A stretch of DNA of 63,931 nt, filler included, from Octopus bimaculoides (lineage: Eukaryota): the NCBI RefSeq assembly GCF_001194135.2. It is 8 parts of 7 records of this genome, joined end to end, with 100 filler letters (N's around TTAATTAATTAA, not from the genome) between each part and the next. Parts side by side here need not be neighbours in the genome. Positions count along the whole stretch, not along the records: positions 1 to 2,634 come from NW_026310213.1; positions 2,735 to 9,133 come from NC_068981.1; positions 9,234 to 22,471 come from NC_068990.1; 5 more parts are not named here. One strand, given 5' to 3'. The notes under the pieces are model-generated. The model was not told the DNA's origin, searched no databases, and was given only the letters and a program-made list of their open reading frames with translations. The position numbers were made by a program, and so were the translations under genes. Every line of letters starts with the position of its first letter. The stretch's first letter is position 1. Positions 1 through 11,352 of the stretch are shown here, in pieces.

Positions 1-1270
1 GAATTGATCTGCTAGGAATGTGGATGGTGTTAGGAGGATGCAGCAGAAAGGAGGGCAAGAAGGTGAAGACTGAGAAGGTGATGGAGAAAAAAATAACAAG
101 TTGAAAAGTGTGGACAGTAGGAAGTTACTGAAAAAATAATTGTACTAGTAGTACTGAGAACCTATTTAGAGTAACAGTGAGAGCAACATAAAAAGGTAAT
201 GAGGGGAGACTGTTGATATGGTGTTACAAATAATATTATTGACAACAATGATAATGATTGTTTTACTGGCAGTAATAATGATATCCATAATCCTTTTGAC
301 TATTGTCCTGGAATTTGGTGGGAGGTGGCTTGTCAATTATATTAGCCCCAGAGCTTAACTGGTACTCATTTTATGGATCCCGAAAGGTGAAAGGCAAACT
401 CAAAGAAATGCTGCTAAGGTTACTGTCAGTTTTCCACTTTAATAATAATAACAATAATGATAATAATAATGATAGCAATAGATTAAAAAAATAAACATAA
501 AATCATTATAGTTGTGATGATAATCTAAAAATTAGTAAAACAAATTGTAAAATCAAATACTTAAACTATGTTATTTATATTTCTAGTGTTAACTAAGGCT
601 AGTAGTAGTAGTAATCATTGTCAAGCTTTTGTAAAAGGGTTTAAATAAAGTGTAAGGCTGAGTATCTAAGACTGGGTGAATGTACAAAAGAGAGACTGGG
701 GGTAGCTAAGGGAAAAGTATTTTGAGATAGTGGGTAAGAGCAAATGGTAACAAGAGGTCATAAATTTGACTGTAGTATAGTAAGAAGCTAAGCAAAAACA
801 AGAGGAATTTTAGCAAATATGCAACAAGTGTGAAGATCAGTGCAATAGAGTAGATATTTGACTATAGAGGTGTGGCATAGAAGGGAACATTGAAAAGGTC
901 AGCTTGCATGCAAATTTAGTTTAGCAAACCAATTTTTCTCAGATAGGCAATTGGAATAGCTGATGTTTATCAAAAAATGAGAATTGTTGTAGTAGTAGTA
1001 TTGACAGTGAATTTGAAATATAGTGTGAAAGTTGACAGAAATATCTAAATTTATGAAACTTATTGGAAATTAGTGAAAATTATTGGTAAAGACTTGATAG
1101 GAAAATAAAATATTGGAGCTTATGGACAAAATTGATACCAAAATAAATTAGAATTAAATTGTGTAACTTATTAGTAAAAGAATGGTGAAAATAGAAACAT
1201 TATTAAAAGTTAAGGGCTATTAATGAAGTTTAGGAAATATTTGTTGATGGTGGAGGAGGTGAAGCACAGA
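1..1270 (-). mobile_element. Highly decayed Penelope-like RT (fingers/palm/thumb) interrupted by a SINE
   Basis: Minus strand shows IFPKLH (about 1240-1222; cf. YFLxKIHK), LDI..HT (about 1052-1030; cf. LDIKSLYT), a weak match near 780 to the PNYANLF coding DNA of the 56 kb element, and a KPTD..YLHY..CH / FSQ-like thumb at about 230-140. Spacing fits once the SINE/microsatellite insert at about 245-500 is removed. Minus strand is pyrimidine-rich, like the sense strand of the 56 kb PLE. Confidence 0.45.
300..430 (-). mobile_element. Degenerate tRNA-derived SINE fragment (family B body)
   Basis: aactggtactcattttatggatcccgaaaggtgaaaggcaaa is a diverged reverse complement of the body of the SINE at 25590-25825. 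Confidence 0.65.
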
Positions 1271-1589
1271 AAAACTAATGGAGTAAAGACAAAAAAATAT
1301 TACATGAAAAGAACTAGGAAAAATATGAGAAAATGTGTGGTAGTATGCGAAAAAATATGAAAGTGGATGATACATAAAAAAATTTTAAATAAAAGATTTT
1401 AAAAAAAGAGGATGTGAAAAGTGCAAGGAAAATACAAGGAAAGGATGGGTTTGACATAGGGGGTTCATGTGTTGTGTAACTGGAGTAGGGCTCACAGTCA
1501 TTGAAGGAATAGACTTTGTAGGAGGATGTAGCTTTGCAAGGAAGTAGATGAAGAAGATGGATTTCAAGATCCATTGTAATATATAGATT

Positions 1590-2620
1590 TTCTGTATTTT
1601 TGACTCTAAATATTTGAGCTTGGAGGAAGGAAAAGTGTAAGTTGATATATGTTGATTTGGCTACTGTGCTTGCAGAAGGAGGATTTTGTTAAGGATGGGT
1701 TTAGATTAGGGGTACTTGTAAGTTCTAAAGGTTTTAGGTTACATGAAAACAACCCTTTGGATCATGCTTTGATTAGAGAGTCCTTCACTGATACAATTTC
1801 AAAGAGCTCTACTGGATACGGTTCAGGGTTTTTTTTAACTCCAGCATAGAGCTTGGCTCTTGTGTGTATATCTTCCAGTTTAAGCTATCTGGTATATTAT
1901 TCATTTGGAGGCTCCAGATCTGCATTGAAGCAGAGTTTGTTTTATAGAAAATGGATGTTGGTTGTCTCTGGTTCTGAAGGTGTTAGCATCTTTGTTCAAA
2001 CAAAATTAAGGTACCAAGAGAGATCAGCATAATTACACAGTTGCTAGGGGTAGGTGGAGGTGTGAAGTTTAGAAAGATTAGAGGAAAGATGACATTGGTC
2101 AAGACAGTGAGTCATAGAGTAAGAAATTTTGTTAATGTTTACTTCATATTTTGTATCCATTCTCTTTTTTTTTATATTTGTGCTGATGTGGGGAGAATTT
2201 CTTAAGTAAGAAAACGGATAATTTGGTTCCATGTCTATTTATCAATTATAAGATAGATTGTACAAACAGGGGCCCTTTTTCTCTATCTAGAGTTACTTAT
2301 TGGACGATAGGTTCAGTGTATTGAATATTTCCTTGAACCTACTTATTAAGACCACTACATAATAAGTTGAGTGGTTCTTAAATATCTGCTTGTTAGAGGA
2401 AAGACTTTAGAGTCTAAAGGTGTTCCTTTGGTTAGTTATTTAGTAAAAAAAGGCTCCTGTATATAGTAAAGTATCTTATCCTCAGAAGAAGGGTACTACT
2501 GAAAATTAGATTGATCAAAACTTTTGTTTGTTCACTCCTGCTTTTCCTGTCATATAAAAATCTTGCCAACATATATCTGTGAGTGTGTATAAATGCATGC
2601 GTGCATATATTGATGAGCAT
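1590..2620 (-). mobile_element. Highly decayed Penelope-like element, 3' part (RT thumb plus GIY-YIG endonuclease)
   Basis: Manual minus-strand translation gives KVLINLIFSSTLLLRIRY (about 2530-2475; resembles the PLE thumb ..FSQFLRIRR), IIYQI (about 1900-1886) and KLYAGVKK (1854-1831), then TLNRI after a frameshift in an A8 run (GIY-YIG motifs), and IYQLTLFLPPSSNI (1650-1609; resembles the terminal WIxxLxTLxPxGLN). Many stops and frameshifts. Confidence 0.55.
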
Positions 2621-2634
2621 ATGTATGTATATAT

Positions 2635-2734
2635 NNNNNNNNNNNNNNNNNNNNNNNNNNNNNNNNNNNNNNNNNNNNTTAATTAATTAANNNNNNNNNN
2701 NNNNNNNNNNNNNNNNNNNNNNNNNNNNNNNNNN
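2635..2734. other. Assembly spacer: 44 N + TTAATTAATTAA + 44 N (100-bp gap marker with stops in all six frames)
   Basis: The identical 100-bp construct recurs 7 times, with the 12-mer at 2679, 9178, 22516, 29053, 32419, 58843 and 62746, always embedded in N. This is an assembly artefact. Confidence 0.95.
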
Positions 2735-3309
2735 ATATAGATAGATAGATATATACACACACATAAATATAAATTTATGTATATACGTACAGATACACAC
2801 ACATACACGTTAGGAGCATGGTTGGTTTACTCGAGAATACTTTGCCGTTCATTTCTTTCTTCTACTGTTCTTATTAATGGTTGCATTTTCATTTCTTTTA
2901 TCTCCATCATCTGAACAGTCGAAATTTTTTCCTAAATCATTTTTTTCCTTGGCCCTTTGCCAGGAATCAACAATGGATATAGACAATTTGCTTTATGGCA
3001 TAACAAAAAAAAAACAACAAAAAAAAAACCAAAAGAAAAATTCAAAAATGTATTCTTACTTGTCAACTTCATTCACAAGGATCTATTCAATTCCAATTTT
3101 TTCCAACGCATACTGATATCTTTTCATTCTTGTGTTCAGTTCATTCTTAGCATTCATAAAATATACCAAACTTACAAACTTGGGAACTCTGCAACCTTTT
3201 CTATCATTCTTAAGAGTATAGCTCTCAGATCCACATGTTGCTATATCTAATATCTTAGTGAGCAGCTATTTCAACTTATTTTTTTTTTCTCGCTGTACAC
3301 ACGGACACA

Positions 3310-3311
3310 CA

Positions 3312-3359
<48 letters not shown>

Positions 3360-3397
3360 TAAACGCACACGTATGTACATACACATGCATGCATACA

Positions 3398-3430
<33 letters not shown>

Positions 3431-3540
3431 CACTCCTTTATCGCTTTTCCTCTTCTTCCTGACTATGTATGAATATATACGTGTGTATATCAGACTGTGT
3501 ATGTGTGTGCAGAATTGAAAAACATAAATGCGAAAAACTT

Positions 3541-3578
<38 letters not shown>

Positions 3579-3769
3579 GCGCGCGCACGCACGCACACAC
3601 ACACTCACGCACACACACACACACACACGTATGTATGTATGCATGTGTGTGTGTATATATATACATATTCTATATATACGTATATATATATATATATATA
3701 TATATACATACATACATATATATATATGCATATATGTATACGCACACACATACACATACACCCCCCCGC

Positions 3770-3825
<56 letters not shown>

Positions 3826-3830
3826 CACAT
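3310..3830. repeat. Compound microsatellite block (CA)n/(CATA)n/(TA)n
   Basis: Directly visible; it produces the HT/YI/CV ORFs in the track. Confidence 0.97.
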
Positions 3831-4469
3831 ATGTATGCCATATTAGATATGGAGATTCGTGCTGATATGTACAGACAATACGTAGAGAAGAATATATGAC
3901 TGTAAAATGATTCGATATTTCATTTTGGTGTGTTGGGGTAATTATAATAGATTTATGTGTGATATTGCTGACATTCTCTACTGAAATATTGGTTTTTCAG
4001 GATATAAGGAACGCGAATTAAATGTTATCGAAGCACAAGTTAGATAAAAACAATCACACACATGCTGTGCTTATCCTCCCTTCGTCACACATGCACAAAT
4101 CACGTTTTCAGACATCGGTACAAACCTCCATCGCTCCACGCCTATTCACTCTCATATATATATATATTTATACCCATATGTACGTGTACGTATGTGTACT
4201 TGTATACGTACATGCATACATTCACACACAGGAACACATACACACACACGCACACACACACACACACACACATACACGGGCGCGCACACACACACATTAT
4301 GGAATCAATGAACACAAAATTGCATAAAGGAAAATAGCAAAAAGGGGAGCAAGTAATAATAAATTTTGTATCAGCATATTGTGCGTGTGCGGGCGCGCGT
4401 GTTTACGTCTGCTGAAGTCACCTCATGTCTCATTTCGATTAAATCCCAGATTTTATGTGCATCTATTCA

Positions 4470-5135
4470 TCTTAGTTGTTGGTGATGCCTCTGTCCGATC
4501 GCATTTATGATAAAAGACATTCCAGTCGCGAAAATTTCAGACGTGTTCCGAGGTCTATATTATCATGTGTGTTATTCCCTTCTGCTTTTTCTTAAACGAT
4601 AAAATATGATTATAAGCAGATTTGGGTGCTATGTTTAGCAAGTTGAATGACAATTTTAAGGTTCACTCGTGCGCTTATATTTATCTCCGTAAACCACTGC
4701 AGACCCCTGTAGAAGTGAAGCAAACTCTTTCCAAACAGAATCAGTTAGTTTTCTTTCTCATTCATTTATGACATCGTATTTCGTTACTTTACTAGTCTCT
4801 TCAAACAGTACATGATTACGTTGCAATCTCATCATTTCCTGTTTCCGAACTATCTACAAGTGTAGGCTTCTTGTAAGAATGTGGTTATATTTCTATTGTT
4901 TCGAAAGGAAATCGATACGCCTTTGTTGACATAGTTTTCTTGGATATTATCTCACTGCTACTAGCAAACCCTGATAAAGCAGACTGATTTATAATAAAAG
5001 AGGTTCCAGCCTTGGGCATATCTATGTTTTGGTTTTACAACAACTTATCTAGGACTACATTATGAAGGTGGTCATTAATATGCAGTGTGAAGGATTTGAG
5101 TGAAATTTCTATGCTATTTCTAGAAAATCATGCAA
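4470..5135 (+). repeat. Two decayed copies of an interspersed repeat (about 4470-4680 and 4960-5135)
   Basis: Shared blocks taaaaga..ttccag, .agg.cta.attat and gattt....gcta.tt.tag occur in both copies and again at about 7990-8160. Confidence 0.5.
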
Positions 5136-5221
5136 CCATGGAGATAAACTCTCTTTGGCTCACACGCCACACAGACACACATATACATACACACACGTAC
5201 ACACACACACATACACACACG

Positions 5222-5281
<60 letters not shown>

Positions 5282-5408
5282 NNNNNNNNNNNNNNNNNNN
5301 NNNNNNNNNNNNNNNNNNNNNNNNNNNNNNNNNNNNNNNNNNNNNNNNNNNNNNNNNNNNNNNNNNNNNNNNNNNNNNNNNNNNNNNNNNNNNNNNNNNN
5401 NNNNNNNN

Positions 5409-5487
<79 letters not shown>

Positions 5488-5691
5488 GCGTGTGCGTGTA
5501 TGTGTTTGTGTGACTGTGTTTGTTCCTGCGCCATCGCTTTGCAAATCTAAAATTTTATAATCAATTATAATTATAATATGGCACACGTGGTGCCAGCATT
5601 GCTGTGAAAATCAAAGTCGAAAAGTCCTCTAAAACAAGCCACCAATCACTGCACATATAACATGAATACCAGCAGAAACATATGTAGGCAT

Positions 5692-7036
5692 ATATATTAA
5701 TAATTAAAGGGAACAGAGATTTATATATCCAGTTTTATTCTGCAGTTAATCACGTCTTTCCATTTTTCAACTACATAATTACTGATACTGCTTCTTCAGG
5801 GTACCATTAACTGCATTTCATCTGAACTAAATACAAGTCCAACAAATTAATGAAAATCTAAAAAGGGAATGTAAATTAGAAGATAAACGGAGCAACCACA
5901 GCAATATAAATAATCTGGAAGGAACAGAAGATATAAAAAGTAGAGTTAAGGATATAAAATATGATAGCACAATCAATAAATTATGTCCCCTTGAATCTAA
6001 CAGCAAAATTAAGGAAAAGTATACAGGTGTAAAGTAATCTCAGAGGGTCGGGTATATTATTATATCGGCGCTTGCGAAACACATATAAGAAGAATTACCC
6101 ATCACGAAAACTCATTTAGAGACAGCAAAAATAGGAATAATACTAGCTTCAACAAATTAATTTGGTCCATAAAGGATAATAAAGAGGAATAGAAATTACA
6201 TGGGAAATAATTAGTAGAGCCAAACTATATACTAGAGGAACCAAACTGTAAGAATTGTGTGTTGAAGAAATTTACCAAATTCTTACATCAAAATACAAAT
6301 TAATAAACCATAGACGCGAGAACGAGATGATCTGTTCATCAGTTTAAACACACGTTTAATCGATTTAAGTAATTGTATGATATGTAATACTAAAAGTGGA
6401 GTAAAAATCAAGTAAATAGTAGCAAGTAGTTTAAATATAAACTCCTACATGAATAAAATTAATTCTAAAGATTAAAGAACAATAAGAAAATGAAATTAAC
6501 GATATCCATAAATAAGATTAATTTAATTATAAAACTAACAAATTAGATAATAGACTAATAGCTCATTATTAACAATAATAGTAATAGTAGTGATAGGGAT
6601 GATGATGATGATAGCAACAATAATAACATCGACGTACTATAAGTGACCTGATACAAAATACGCATACTATCACTCACCACTCGAAGGATAAAATACATTT
6701 GCTGATTACTGATCCATTCTCGGACAGCTACTTACTACTTTTTCTAATCAGCAGGGCTGAAAAGGTCAGAATTTAGGCTATCTTTAGAACACTAGGTGTA
6801 TGAAATATTTTGGTTGGACTTATATTTAGATCAGATGGAATCTAAAATGCAGTTAATGATATCACGAAGAAGCGGCATCAGTAATTAACACCAAAATGCA
6901 CACCAAGATTAAAAAAAAAAAATTGCAGAGTGCACTGAATTGCAGCAGGAAAATATGTAGGTACAGAAATAGAGAGACGTGATTAACTGCAGAATAAAAC
7001 TGGATATATAAATCTCTGTTCTCCTTAATCATTAAT
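5692..7036 (+). mobile_element. 5'-truncated Penelope-like element: GIY-YIG endonuclease remnant flanked by inverted terminal (pLTR-type) repeats
   Basis: Plus-strand translation across frameshifts: LCPL (from 5981) ... YYIGACETHIRRITHHENSFRDSKNRNNTSFNKLIWSIKD (6058-6177) ... ITWEIISRAKLYTRGTKL*ELCVEEIYQIL..KLINHRRE (about 6194-6320). Positions 5711-5757 are a perfect 47-nt reverse complement of 6975-7021, and looser inverted homology continues between about 5770-5850 and 6805-6886. Confidence 0.8.
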
Positions 7037-7238
7037 TTATTTCTTTTCTACCGACAACATGCAGTCTCTATAGAGACATATGGATTTACCGATGCGAAAA
7101 TCTACTGAGGATAGTAAAATAAACTAACTGGAGTTTTTCTACACACACTGAGGTTAGCCAGCATTATTAACCAGTAAGAGCGAATACAGTATCCTCTAGG
7201 ATTGTATATCCCTATCAACCAAATTTGAAAATTTACCT

Positions 7239-7272
<34 letters not shown>

Positions 7273-7713
7273 NNNNNNNNNNNNNNNNNNNNNNNNNNNN
7301 NNNNNNNNNNNNNNNNNNNNNNNNNNNNNNNNNNNNNNNNNNNNNNNNNNNNNNNNNNNNNNNNNNNNNNNNNNNNNNNNNNNNNNNNNNNNNNNNNNNN
7401 NNNNNNNNNNNNNNNNNNNNNNNNNNNNNNNNNNNNNNNNNNNNNNNNNNNNNNNNNNNNNNNNNNNNNNNNNNNNNNNNNNNNNNNNNNNNNNNNNNNN
7501 NNNNNNNNNNNNNNNNNNNNNNNNNNNNNNNNNNNNNNNNNNNNNNNNNNNNNNNNNNNNNNNNNNNNNNNNNNNNNNNNNNNNNNNNNNNNNNNNNNNN
7601 NNNNNNNNNNNNNNNNNNNNNNNNNNNNNNNNNNNNNNNNNNNNNNNNNNNNNNNNNNNNNNNNNNNNNNNNNNNNNNNNNNNNNNNNNNNNNNNNNNNN
7701 NNNNNNNNNNNNN

Positions 7714-7870
7714 GCTTGCTTCCCAACCACTTGGCTTCGTGTTCAGTTCCACTGCGTGGCACCTTGGGCAAGTGTTTTCTACTATAGCCTCGGGCCGACC
7801 AAAGCCTTGTGAGTGCGTTTGGTAGATGTAAACTGAAAAAAGTCCGTCGTATATATATATATGTATGTTT
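7714..7870 (+). mobile_element. SINE family A, 5'/central part (starts at gap)
   Basis: gcttgcttcccaaccac...gtggcaccttgggcaagtg...gggccgaccaaagccttgtgagtg matches the reverse complement of the full copies at 31709-32124 and 59705-60111. Confidence 0.9.
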
Positions 7871-7989
7871 AATGATAGTATTGCTTTTAATTGAAAGACA
7901 AATAATGTGTGAATGTATATCTTTCGAAAGAAATTTTTGAAAAAGACAGAAAACAATAACAACAATTTGATGTTTATCTCCAGAATAAC

Positions 7990-8160
7990 CCTGCTCCAGT
8001 AGACCTGTAATTAATGACATGTCTCCTGTAACCATCCGGTATTTTCCTTGGTTCAGTGTACCAAAGACCACTTCATTCAATGTGTCCATTTCTAAAACGA
8101 CAGAGTCGTTTACAGAAGAGATTTCGCAGCAGTATTATTCTTGACCTTGTGGAGGCTCCA
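7990..8160 (+). repeat. Decayed copy of the 4470/4960 interspersed repeat
   Basis: Similar blocks agacc...aatgtgtcc and gagattt.gcagc...gaggctcc. Confidence 0.4.
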
Positions 8161-8218
8161 TCCATTCCCCGTCAGCCCGTTATATTTACATGTCTGCAGT
8201 ACAAAAAATCGTAAAAAT

Positions 8219-8895
8219 ATGGAAAATTTGTTGGCCGGTTTGCTCGAGTTGCAAAAACAGCAACAACAGCAACTGAAAGAACGACAACAGCAGCTACAAC
8301 TGCAAGAACAACAGCAACAGCAGCACCAGCAACAACAGCAGCAGCGTGTTGGTGTAAAAGGGCTCCTTCCATATTTCAGCAAATAATGGATACGATACTG
8401 GCGGACTGTGATTTTGCTATTGGACGATATACTAATAAAAAGTGGATCACATGAACAACGTGTAGAACATGTTGAAAGAGTATTCGAGAAGATTAGAGAA
8501 TACGGTTTCAAGTTAACGGAAGAAAAATGCGAGATCTTTCTGAAAAAAATTAAATATTTGGACCAGATAATAATTAAAAACGGACGGAAACCGGATCCAT
8601 CGAGAGCAACTGCGATAAAAATATGCCCACACCGAACAATGCTACAAGTATTCGAGGGTATAGTAAATATTATCAAATTTACATTCCCAATATACATAAT
8701 GTAAGGACCCCGCTCTATGATCTGTTAAAGAAAAATACAAAATGGTGTTCGACTGACAAGTGCCAGAAGGCATTTGGCGAGTTAAAAAGCGTTTTAACAC
8801 CAGTCTTATCGTTGACGCATCTTGATCCAAAGTTGGATATTATATTGGCTACAGATGCGAGTGATTACGGTGTGGTGCGAGTGATTACGAGTGGC
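8219..8895 (+). mobile_element. Internally deleted Ty3/Gypsy LTR-retrotransposon remnant (gag-like N-terminus with polyQ fused to RT C-half/RNase H start)
   Basis: MENLLAGLLELQKQQQQ.. (8219-8346) is followed directly by GVK.APSIFQQIMDTILADCDFAI-LDDILIKS (RT, with the xY of the YxDD motif deleted), then VFEKIREYGFKLTEEKCEIFLKKIKYL, KPDPSRATAIK, PLYDLLKK..W...CQKAFGELK and ILATDASDYG (Gypsy RT-RNase H). Frameshifted; no LTR seen. Confidence 0.9.
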
Positions 8896-8949
8896 GTTAT
8901 AACAATCCGATATTAACGATTCCAGCAAAATGAATTAAAGTGAGACCTA

Positions 8950-8979
8950 ACAAATAATAATAATAATAATAGTAATATT

Positions 8980-9035
<56 letters not shown>

Positions 9036-9057
9036 TAATAATAACAACAACAACAAC

Positions 9058-9133
<76 letters not shown>
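8950..9133. repeat. (AAT)n/(AAC)n microsatellite
   Basis: Directly visible; runs into a gap. Confidence 0.97.
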
Positions 9134-9233
9134 NNNNNNNNNNNNNNNNNNNNNNNNNNNNNNNNNNNNNNNNNNNNTTAATTAATTAANNNNNNNNNNN
9201 NNNNNNNNNNNNNNNNNNNNNNNNNNNNNNNNN

Positions 9234-9700
9234 GTGTGGGTGTGTTTGTGTGAGTGCGTCTATGTGGCTTGTATTTGTCGGGGAGGTGTGTCATTGTGTG
9301 TGCATGCTTCTGTGCATGTGTGCTTGTGAGTGTTTGTTGTGATTGTTGGGATTGTATTGTGTGTGTTTTTCTTTTGAGTGTGTGTGTGTGACATTTTTAC
9401 TGGGGAACAGGCGTATGGTGTTTGTATGTGTGTGTACATATGTATGCAAATATGCGTGTGTGAATATGATTTGTGGTTGCCGGAGTGGTGTGTAGGTGTG
9501 TGCATGTACCTGTTTACATATGTGTGTATGGCTGTTGGTTGTGGTTGCTACAATTGTATTGTAAATGTATATATGCATGTGTTTTTTCTTGAAATGTATG
9601 TGGGTTTGTGCTCTAGTGTGGAGATATTGTGATTGTCTGTGTGTGTATATATGTGTGTAAGTGTGTTCGTGTCGGAGGTTTACATTGTATTGGTGTGTGT
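9234..9700. repeat. Degenerate TG-rich low-complexity tract
   Basis: Long interrupted (TG)n-derived sequence. Confidence 0.8.
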
Positions 9701-9759
9701 GTGATTTTGCGTATCTGTGTGTCTTTGTTTTGGACGTTTACCTGGGGAGGGGGTTTATG

Positions 9760-9907
9760 TTAGAGTATGTTGAGCTGTGGTCTGTATTTTTGAATAAGAT
9801 TATTTTCCCTATTTATTCGTGTTTGGTCAGTGGTGTTGTCTGAGCATTGGTATAATGGGAAAACTAGGAATTTGGGTGACTTGTTTTGTGCACAGAGATC
9901 TAAGTGC
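9760..9907 (-). mobile_element. C-terminal end of a Penelope-like GIY-YIG endonuclease, cut by gap
   Basis: Minus-strand frame reads HLDLCAQNKSPKFLVFPLYQCSDNTTDQTRINRENNLIQKYRPQLNIL*, which fits the PLE EN terminus H..C....F.IFPFY....R..KE..FI.K(Y/F)KP.LN. Confidence 0.7.
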
Positions 9908-10779
9908 NNNNNNNNNNNNNNNNNNNNNNNNNNNNNNNNNNNNNNNNNNNNNNNNNNNNNNNNNNNNNNNNNNNNNNNNNNNNNNNNNNNNNNNNNNNNN
10001 NNNNNNNNNNNNNNNNNNNNNNNNNNNNNNNNNNNNNNNNNNNNNNNNNNNNNNNNNNNNNNNNNNNNNNNNNNNNNNNNNNNNNNNNNNNNNNNNNNNN
10101 NNNNNNNNNNNNNNNNNNNNNNNNNNNNNNNNNNNNNNNNNNNNNNNNNNNNNNNNNNNNNNNNNNNNNNNNNNNNNNNNNNNNNNNNNNNNNNNNNNNN
10201 NNNNNNNNNNNNNNNNNNNNNNNNNNNNNNNNNNNNNNNNNNNNNNNNNNNNNNNNNNNNNNNNNNNNNNNNNNNNNNNNNNNNNNNNNNNNNNNNNNNN
10301 NNNNNNNNNNNNTATATATATATCCATACATAGAAACGCATGTTTTATATTCCCAATATAAACCCATTCCGTTCTTTCTCTTACCCCACTTTTTCCCTTT
10401 TCTTTTCGCTATTGTGAATAACTTTACATTTTCTTGTATATTTCTCTTCGTTCTCTAACTCTCCCATCACCTATTGTCTATACAATAATCATATGAGCAT
10501 AAATTATAAACATATACGTTAAAAGTCGCACAAGAGGAACAGACACATATCTACATACACAGACATTCACACGTTCGCACGTACATTTGTAGAAATACAA
10601 ACCCCAGATGCAGTACATGGACACATCGTCACTGTTGTATCTTGGGGAGTCACTGGGTGTACGGTTCTTAATCTTTCTTACAGCACACTCCTTCACCCAG
10701 ATAACCTGACCTCAATTATTGAAACTTTGGCCTGTATCCATGTGGTATTCTACTGACCCGATCGAACACCTGTTTTCTT

Positions 10780-10873
10780 TTAGTCAAAGCTATCTTTCTT
10801 TTTCTCTCTATGTGTCTATCTATCTGTCTGCTTCTCTCTCCTCTCACTATATATCTATCAGTCTGTATGTCTC

Positions 10874-10944
<71 letters not shown>

Positions 10945-11051
10945 ACATTTGTTTTTTTTAGTCAAAGCTATCTTTCTCTTTCTCTCTCTGTGTCTATCTA
11001 TATGTCTGTTTCTCTCTCCTCTCTCTATGTATCTATCGGTCTGTCTGTCTC

Positions 11052-11083
<32 letters not shown>

Positions 11084-11095
11084 TTATCTATCGAT
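10780..11095. repeat. Tandem duplication (2 copies, about 175 bp) containing (ATCT)n/(GTCT)n
   Basis: tttagtcaaagctatctttct...gtgtctatctat...tctctctcctctc...gtctcctatctatc occurs at about 10780 and about 10958. Confidence 0.85.
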
Positions 11096-11352
11096 CGATC
11101 GTAGAGGTCGATTGAGAATCTACCGTTCATTGGTAATATTTTATTAGATTCGAAAAAAATGAAACACAACGTCGATTTTGCTAGGATTCCAACGCACATC
11201 TTTTCATTTTCAGCAACATAGCTAACGATCACTAAAATTAGTGAGTTAATTATATTATATCATATGTTGGCCAGTTATAAAATTTCTTAGTTATATAACG
11301 TTGGAAAAGAAGGCGACGGATTGACTAAATCGTTTTGCGTTGCACTCTGAAG

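Noticed and set aside
2679-2690. Recurrent TTAATTAATTAA (7 copies) as a biological motif, e.g. homeodomain site or repeat
   Set aside because: Always centred in exactly 44+44 N; it is an artificial six-frame-stop gap spacer.
3266-3899. HT/YI/CV/LS-rich ORFs here and throughout the window
   Set aside because: Translations of dinucleotide and tetranucleotide microsatellites.
7102-7965. Long ORFs of 150-417 aa spanning N runs (also 13339-14344, 26995-27906, 33059-34312, 57027-57929 and others)
   Set aside because: They are open only because N codons are not stops.
10684-10744. Candidate 61-nt exon (ttcttacag|...gtg|gtattc; TLLHPDNLTSIIETLACIHV)
   Set aside because: Weak donor, no recognisable protein similarity, no partner exons.
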